Origin: Ginkgo biloba
Lineage: Eukaryota > Plantae > Ginkgophyta
Direction: 5' to 3'
DNA: 17,741 nt
Assembly (NCBI GenBank): GCA_024626585.2
Contig: JANKJI020000002.1
Coordinates: 104,193,845-104,211,585, forward strand
The notes below the pieces were generated by a model. That model saw nothing but the letters and a program-made list of their open reading frames with translations. It did no database searches and was not told the DNA's origin. Positions 10,873-17,741 of this stretch are shown here, in pieces. Position 1 is the first letter of the stretch. Each line of letters begins with the position of its first letter. Made by a program: the position numbers and the translations under genes.

Positions 10873-12493
10873 TCTAGGGAAAAAACCCTAGTATTCTAGC
10901 TTATTTCAGAAGTCATACAAGCTTACCGATCATTGGATCTCCTTCGACAACTTCTACTTAGCTTGGACACAAAATTTGGATGTAGGAAAGATGCAAGAAA
11001 TAGTTCGTCACCCTCCAGACAAGTTCGACCTTCTTCTGCAAGTTCGTTGGGCCTTCCAGAAGCTTTTGATGGAAAGAAAACCTTCCAACAAGGTTCAACC
11101 TTCAGTAGGGACAGCAAAGAGGGCTTCTTCTGGTAAAGAAGCCTCAAAAAAGTCACTAAGAAGCATTAGTTAGCCTTTGGCCTTGTCTACAACAACAAGA
11201 TAGCAATAAATGTGAGTTGATAAGACAACCTTCAATAAGCAAGACGTAGAAAATCAGCGGTAAGAAGAAGATGCTTTCTCCAAGTAGAAGAAGGAAGTAG
11301 AAAACTGAGTAACGATGAGAGTAAATGACCCCCTCTAACCTCCTTATATAGTCTTACGTGTTGTTAGGCCGACTTCTAAGGTCGACTGACACTAAGAACA
11401 TGTTTTGTGCCTTAGTGCCTTAAGCTAAGGGGCAACTTAAGCTTAAGGGAAGGGGTGCTTAGCCTGAGGTAGGATTTGATCCCTCTTAGAGTTGCCTAAG
11501 CAACTTTTAAGGGCCCCACCATTGAAGTCAACCAATAGGTTAAGTACTAACATACAATTTTTAATTTTAGGTCTTCCGCAAGGCTTTTCTTAGCAGATAN
11601 NNNNNNNNNNNNNNNNNNNNNNNNNNNNNNNNNNNNNNNNNNNNNNNCTTCCCATAGGGTTTTTCAATCTTGTTCACCAACATTAACTGACCTTTGACCA
11701 AGTTTGACGAAGCTTGGACTAGGGTTGACTAGGCTATAACAATGAGGACAATTTATGCATGATTATCTAGCTAAGGATCATATAACTGCCCTTGTGTGTG
11801 AGCATGTGTTTCAACTGTATGTCCTAGGCATGACAACTGGAGTACAACTAACACCCTAATACTCATGGATATTTTTGGTGTTGTGGGTTGTGCTAGCACC
11901 CATAGTGGGATNNNNNNNNNNNNNNNNNNNNNNNNNNNNNNNNNTTTAGTGCGGTCAGTATGCCTTAGTGCATTGGCTATCGAGAGGAAGGGCATCTCAA
12001 TTTTTATTAGAGAGATGACACTAGTGCCAAAGATGAGGCTTGCAAGCCTACCACCTAACACTCTTTCAAGCTACAAGGGGTGGAATCAAATGGGAGGTTG
12101 TTTGGCGCTAACGGTTAGCATTTATTGCATCGAAGGTTTTGTGTTGGTAGCTACGATAAGTCCTCAAAGGTGATCCTCATTGCCTACAATGGGAGTGTTC
12201 TGCATGTCGTCAACCTTAGCATTTTCCCCTAGCAGTCTAATCTTTGAGTCTTGATTGATGACATAATTTAATAAAAATAAATATTTCTTGTTGCATGCCA
12301 TTCATGCTTAATTATTTATTTAAATAAACTTATGCACTTGATTTTACATACTGCTTTTATTCATTTATATGAACTTGTGCACTCTGATTCAACATGCATA
12401 ATGTTAATTATTTATTTATGCTATTTTATGTTCAACACATGTTTAAGAGAATTAATATATATTAGCATTTAGGATCAAGGTGGGACTATTGCA
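10873..12493 (-). mobile_element. Probable LTR of a retrotransposon, minus orientation, interrupted by two gaps
   Basis: Minus strand starts TGcAATAGTCCC at 12493 (TGTAA-type LTR start), has CTATATAAGGAGG (TATA) at ~11339-11351 followed by a pyrimidine-rich R/U5-like stretch, and shows no coding signature. The pol frame of another element starts abruptly at its edge. Confidence 0.55.
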
Positions 12494-12831
12494 TCTAATA
12501 ACAAGCTAGATGTCATTCTCTTACAAGCTTCTATTGACTCTAGGTTGCATCCTGTTGCTTGTCTCTATTGGTCCTTATCAGTGCTTGAGAAAAGATAATC
12601 CGTTATTGAAAAACAGAATGCTGCGCAATTGTTTAGGCATTCAATAAACTCATCCTAACTTGCACGGTTCCCTTACAATTGTTGAAACTAACTATTTTTC
12701 CGTCACATATCTATTCACAAACAGAGTTAAAATCTCATCTTGAACAGTGCCTCCTTGCATTTCAAGGATATGATTGTACAATTCGATATGACCCTATAGA
12801 GTCCAACTTAGAAGTTGATGCTATATCTTGA
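12491..12831 (+). mobile_element. Decayed Ty3/Gypsy RNase H domain
   Basis: ASNNKLDVILLQASIDSRLHPVACLYWSLSVLEKR*SVIEKQ..(shift)GIQ*THPNLHGSLTIVETNY..(shift)LLAFQGYDCTIRYDPIESNLEVDAIS* matches (D)AS..G.GAVL.Q....HPVAY.SR.L...E.RYS..EKE...LQ.YD..I.Y.PG..N..ADALSR. Confidence 0.85.
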
Positions 12832-13680
12832 AATATAATTGCTATCCATGATCCGTTTTCGAATCCGAATTATTTTTGTCAATTTTTAAGAAAAAATACA
12901 ACTTGTGGTTAAAATTGGGAAAAATTTGTACAATTTCAACTGAAGGTCCACAAGTGAAGAGTTGTAGTAGTTCCTACAAGTTTCAAAACAAGCCCAAGAG
13001 GACGAAAAATGGCATTGTGGATCAAAAGTTATGGTAAAAGTTGTAGCTGCCTAAAAAAACAAATAAAATCGCCTATTTTTTTTAGAGCTAAAAGTAATTT
13101 GGATACAACTTCTTCATGTGAAGTCTGATCCTTCTGAAACTGTGAAAAAACATCATGTAATGGGGTAATTCCTTTAGCTTTTAAAGTTTAAAACTCCAAG
13201 TTGTTAAAACTTGAAGTCTTTAAAGTTTAAAGTTGTGTTAAACTTTACAGTTTACTTGCATGACCAACACTTACTCAAAATTTCACTTTTCAGGAGTTCA
13301 GATTTTGGGAGTTTGGGTTTCAGGTTTTCNNNNNNNNNNGGAAGGAAACAATGAGTCCCTGATCCTAACCTTTCTTGTGCACGGTCCGTGCAAAAGTGTT
13401 TCGTTTCTCATCACATCAGTAGTTACAAAGTGAGCTTCTCAAAGCAAGAATGACAATTACATGCAATCGGCCAACTATCAAGAGGATCAAGAAGCAGTTA
13501 TCCAAGGCATTTTGTGGAGGAAATCATAAAAGGTGAAAAAGAGGTCATTTGCTTCCGTCTCTAGGGGGGGGCTCTTCTCTTCTCCCTCCTTTGGGAGGAA
13601 GGAAAGTTGGAGGGTTTCAAGTTATGGTTCTACTTTCTTCATCTATTTCTAACTGTTGTAACCACAACTTGGCATCAAGA
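12832..13680 (+). mobile_element. Non-coding insertion between RNase H and integrase; probable LTR of a third element ending ...CACA (13666) with a degenerate tRNA-Met PBS
   Basis: aaccaCA-act-TGGCATCAAGA (13660-13680) resembles an LTR end plus TGGTATCAGAG. The segment has short internal repeats (aaagtttaaa, 13160-13260) and splits two collinear pol domains. Confidence 0.45.
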
Positions 13681-14379
13681 TGTAAACGTTTTCTAAAGTA
13701 TCAATCCCAAGTGGGAACCGCTTTGTTCATNNNNNNNNNNNNNNNNNNNNNNNNNNNNNNNNNNNNNNNNNNNNNNNNNNNNNNNNNNNNNNNNNNNNNN
13801 NNNNNNNNNNNNNNNNNNNNNNNNNNNNNNNNNNNNNNNNNNNNNNNNNNNNNNNNNNNNNNNNNNNNNNNNNNNNNNNNNNNNNNNNNNNNNNNNNNNN
13901 NNNNNNNNNNNNNNNNNNNNNNNNNNNNNNNNNNNNNNNNNNNNNNNNNNNNNNNNNNNNNNNNNNNNNNNNNNNNNNNNNNNNNNNNNNNNNNNNNNNN
14001 NNNNNNNNNNNNNNNNNNNNNNNNNNNNNNNNNNNNNNNNNNNNNNNNNNNNNNNNNNNNNNNNNNNNNNNNNNNNNNNNNNNNNNNNNNNNNNCAATGG
14101 GAGATTTGACTCACCCACTAAGATACAGATCAATCCAATATGCCATGCTATAGAAAGTATGTGCTCTCCTCCCTTGATTAAGCATGCTAAGCCCTATCAC
14201 TAAACCCTACCACCCAACATATCATCCAACTACTGTGTACTACCTTCTCCCCCTTCTACTCATGGCCTTTTGCAATATTATCAACTACTGGACAACCGCT
14301 TAATCTTTTATTCAACAAAGTCAATCGCTATGCTTGTATATTCTCTCTACTCTTTGCACAAAATACATGGCCACTTCTA

Positions 14380-15400
14380 ATTCACATCCACTAACCAAAC
14401 ACTTGGAATTCAAGAAAGACTTGCCCAAACATCAACAATAATTCTTTTGGCCTAAACCATCATGGCCTACAAAATTTTCTCCAAAGTTGTCCTTGTAAAT
14501 CTTTTTAAGTCACCCAAAGATTGTCCAATTGGACACCTTGAACCCATATCTATTTCAACATCATTTGAGCTCGTCGCATATAAGATTGTGGGACCATTCC
14601 CTGCATCCACATTTGAAAATGGTTTTATTATAGTCCTCATTGAATATCTCACTCAATGATCTCAAGCCATAACCATTCCTTCTTTGAATGCCAATGAGGT
14701 TGACAATTTTTTCCTCAATGTCATTTGCCTTCGTTCTTGCCCCTACCACATTTTGTCAAACCAAAGCAAAAGTTCTACCTTCCAAGTTACGCAGATAGTT
14801 ACCTTTACTTCGGGAATTCACCAATCTTTCACGAGTCCATCTCATCCAACTACTAATAGCCTCACAAAGAGACTAAATTGAATTATTAAACAGATGTTGT
14901 CCACGCATGTCAAACTAGACATGTTGATTATGATCAACTCCTCCTTTATGTCCTTTATGCATGTAGCTCTTCTATCCAAGCGTCCACTCAAATCTCCCCC
15001 TTTTACGGTCTTATTAAATGTGATCTAATTTCACCTCCTACTATTGGTCTTCCTTCTTGAGCTCCATTGTGACCTTCAACTCAATTCTCGAATGACCACC
15101 TCTCCTCTACTTTACCTATTTTTTGTTATGCCTTGCTTCGTAATCTCTCTTTGACCTAGCAATGCCAAAAGCATTATCATGATGCATACCATCATATTCA
15201 TCATTATGCCCCTAGAGATCTATACTTAGTATATCACCGTCTCTACAAAAAGGCTTATCTAAGAGTTTGCTTCATCGATAGTTGGGAACTTACAATGTAC
15301 TTCGCCAGATCACATCCTCAACCTATTAGCTTCAACACTTACGTGAACTATACACTTCATTTTGCTCATGTATCTAGACTAAAAATCTACTATCCCTCAT
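14380..15400 (+). mobile_element. Decayed Ty3/Gypsy integrase (zinc-finger remnant, rve core, GPY/F module; no chromodomain)
   Basis: ORFs 14462-14659 and 14684-14881 plus flanks give GHLEPISISTSFELVAYKIVGPFPAST..NGFIIVLIEYLTQ*SQAI..ANEVDNFF..ILSNQ..GIHQSFTSPSHPTTNSLTKRLN*IIKQML, then GLSKSLLHR*LGTYNVLRQITSSTY*LQ..AHVSRLKIY. The DDE positions are mutated (K, N, K). Confidence 0.9.
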
Positions 15401-15409
15401 TTACATATT

Positions 15410-15566
15410 GGGGATGATGTGAGGTAGTCAAATGTGCAAGAAACTGTTGACGAGTATGCAAAGGTGGAAGAGGTGTTTAACGAATAACCACCCTAGCACC
15501 ATTTATTTAATATACACCAGCAATCAAACAAGGGAGGTTTGGGAGTTATTTCTTCTGTATGTTACA
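15410..15566 (+). mobile_element. Weak polypurine tract and putative 3' LTR start or remnant of the plus-strand Gypsy element
   Basis: ggggatga (15410-15417) directly after the integrase end, then TGTGA at 15418. The segment ends TTACA at 15566, where the microsatellite starts. Confidence 0.4.
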
Positions 15567-15834
15567 ATATATATGTGTGTGCATGTGTGTGTGTGTGTGT
15601 ATAAACATATATACATACACACAAACATTATGTGTGTGTATATGTGTGTATACATGCATGGATGTATGCAGGTATGTGACACACATACATAAATACAAGT
15701 ATATGTGTGTGTGTGTGTACATATGTATGTATTTAGGTGTGTGTGTGTGTATGCATGTATGTATGTGTGTCTTTGTATATATGTATGTATGTGTGTTTGT
15801 ATCTAAGTATGTGTGTTTGGATATATGCATGTAT
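15567..15834. repeat. Compound (TG)n/(TA)n/(TATG)n/(CA)n microsatellite running into a gap
   Basis: Near-continuous purine-pyrimidine alternation. It accounts for the low-complexity C/V/M/Y and H/T/I/Y ORFs at 15432-16088. Confidence 0.95.
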
Positions 15835-15934
15835 NNNNNNNNNNNNNNNNNNNNNNNNNNNNNNNNNNNNNNNNNNNNNNNNNNNNNNNNNNNNNNNNNN
15901 NNNNNNNNNNNNNNNNNNNNNNNNNNNNNNNNNN

Positions 15935-16988
15935 AACATTACAAAAGATAAATATTTCTAACAAAAATATGAAGAAACCTTCAAAACAGAATTTATTTTC
16001 CTCTAATATGCTCTCCATTGAAATTATCAAACTGCTTCAAAAAGGATATCTTTGGGAGCCAAGTACCTACAAAATAAAGGTCACTTAGGGTATCTACCAA
16101 TTTGTTTCCAATAGGCTTGACAAATCTAAAGGATTGACTCAAAACTACCAGAAAGCAGTTCAAAATGCGGTCTTAGTACAGTTTTTTCTAGTTAACTTTC
16201 TACACACTTGATTGGTTCTTTGGTATCTTGCAGGTCCTTTGGAAGGGAGTGCCTCCATTAGTCTATTTATGCCCTTGTTGATTCTGCAAGAGCTGTATGC
16301 AATGAATAATATATGCCTACAGCCGACAATGTCACAGCATGACCGATGCATCATTTTGGCTATTCTGTGCAATCAGTGAAACGTATATGAACTTTGAGCT
16401 ATGTTGACAATGTGTACAGCAAGTGCTGAGCAATAGTGCAATCAGGCTGAATATGAACGAGCATTGTCTGATACCATGACTGCATCTATATAATTGAGTC
16501 AAGGTGCTTCTAGAGACTACTTCTACATGCTTTTCAGTATTTGTTGATGTGTGAAGTTTTCTTTCAAGGGTTGCTGCCTATGAAACAACTTCTTTTTGCA
16601 TTTTGCACTTTGAGTGCATGCCATAAAGCGAACAGCAACAGCATCACACTTGAGGCAGTTTGGAAATTGCACTTTAGCAGCAAATTGAAGGTTATATTGT
16701 GCAGCAGTAGGCTGCACACTTGTGATAGCTTTTGCAGTAACTATTAAAGAATTCAAATGCGTAATGGATGTTGGCTTCAAGAAAAGATTTGGACCTTTAA
16801 CAAACTTTTGCCACTGAATCATACAAGTCTCATCTCCCATATAGTCATGAGTCATAAGACTCTTAATTGAAACAGAAGGCCCATATCATATAAAGGCAAT
16901 GTTTACAACACATGCAAACATGTTTTATAGCTAAAGAAACTGCACCATAAGAAGAATATTTCAGTCACAATAATTCAAAAACATTTAC
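15935..16988 (-). other. Intron downstream of the ATR3 exon (contiguous part up to the first gap)
   Basis: Starts with GTAAAT. Candidate AG acceptors checked in 16140-16980 give early stops or non-ATR3 peptides in the required phase. Confidence 0.7.
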
Positions 16989-17155
16989 CTGCGGCGTTGT
17001 CAGGGAAATCGTGATATATGATTTGAAATTTAGGAAGATCCAAATCCTTCATCTCTGAATCTAAAAGCAATGCACCCTGTTCAAAAACATTCGGAAACTT
17101 TTCTCTCAATGTTGTCCACAGTGAAGCCAACCATGGATCCAGTGCAGCTTCGTAC
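16989..17155 (-). CDS. ATR3: Internal coding exon of NADPH-dependent diflavin oxidoreductase 1 (ATR3/TAH18/NDOR1), end of the FMN/flavodoxin-like domain and start of the linker
   Basis: Minus strand reads ...gacAG|G TAC GAA GCT...AAC GCC GCA G|GTaaat. The 167 nt are 1 nt + 55 codons + 1 nt with no stop: YEAALDPWLASLWTTLREKFPNVFEQGALLLDSEMKDLDLPKFQIIYHDFPDNAA. This fits the plant ATR3 segment GYExxLDPWxxSLW...PK(F/Y)xIx(Y/F)H that follows GLGDDQHPS. Acceptor AG at 17157-17156, donor GT at 16988-16987. Confidence 0.88.
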
Positions 17156-17741
17156 CTGTCATATCCACACACCAATCTTTCTACGTTCAAAAGTCTGGAG
17201 AAAACATATTCACTGGTTAAATTTCAATAATCTAGCTCTAAAATTCAAATACATTCTATGCAGTCATCAAAAAATTGAGGGCAACAACAATGATGCAAGT
17301 CTCAAAAATTCTACAATTATACACTACATCAAAAAAACTAAAGAATGAAATGTACTTTTAGATCACAATACTCTTTCGCACCACCGAAACCACTACCCAC
17401 TACTTCAATGCATACACAAAACAAAAGGGAGGAGGGTTGTGGGAGTGGTAGAGCATATGTAGACAAATGACCACTCAAAACTGCATAATATCTCCTGTAA
17501 ATAGCAAACTTTTGGTGATTAAAAGTGTTCTGCATTCACATCACATAAAATAACTACTTACCACAGACTATAAATCTTGAAATAGAATATGGATTGTCTT
17601 TGTATAATTCTACTCATGTTGCAATAGCATTTTGTTTGCTTTGTAGGGAGACGCACACTTGTTATGTGATTATTATGCAAGTAAAGACAAGCATAAACGT
17701 TTATGAACATTTATTTTATTCTGTTATAAAAATCACTAACA
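17156..17741 (-). other. Intron upstream of the ATR3 exon (partial)
   Basis: AT-rich sequence ending in the acceptor AG. I did not see the preceding exon (...GDDQHPS) in the window. Confidence 0.75.

Noticed and set aside
10923-11173. Three overlapping short ORFs
   Set aside because: They lie within LTR-like sequence and carry no domain signatures.
12507-12644. 45-aa ORF MSFSYKLLLTLGCILLLVSIG... resembling a secreted peptide
   Set aside because: It is an alternative frame of the Gypsy RNase H relic.
13549-14133. Long ORFs spanning N-runs (also those at 1894, 4239, 5459, 7366, 8584, 10711 and 11771)
   Set aside because: Their length is an artefact of assembly gaps translated as X.
15432-16088. 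Cys/His-rich ORFs
   Set aside because: They are translations of the TG/TA microsatellite and the adjacent gap.
16160-16855. ORFs 16160-16372 and 16523-16855 as further ATR3 exons
   Set aside because: No similarity to the expected downstream ATR3 sequence, and the acceptors checked in the required phase hit stops.

Overview
Eukaryotic, land-plant-like nuclear DNA from a gappy draft assembly: AT-rich, CpG-depleted, many N-runs. The large TE-filled intron and the retroelement types suggest a gymnosperm or other non-angiosperm, but that is inference. The only host coding sequence I can support is one internal exon (16989-17155, minus strand) of NADPH-dependent diflavin oxidoreductase 1 (ATR3/TAH18/NDOR1). 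The rest is mostly decayed, nested retroelements: an archaeal-type RNase H relic (~2700-3075, +); a Ty3/Gypsy protease-linker-RT relic (8762-10772, -) plus a second partial copy, both lacking the same RT catalytic core; an LTR (10873-12493, -) abutting the RNase H of a second Ty3/Gypsy element (RNase H 12491-12831, integrase ~14380-15400, +); and a TG/TA microsatellite. Unexplained items are a foldback array (61-420) and two CpG-retaining islands (1140-1950, 6808-7130). I see no intact novel multi-gene system, CRISPR array or RNA gene. Family assignments come from manual translation and motif recall, not database searches.
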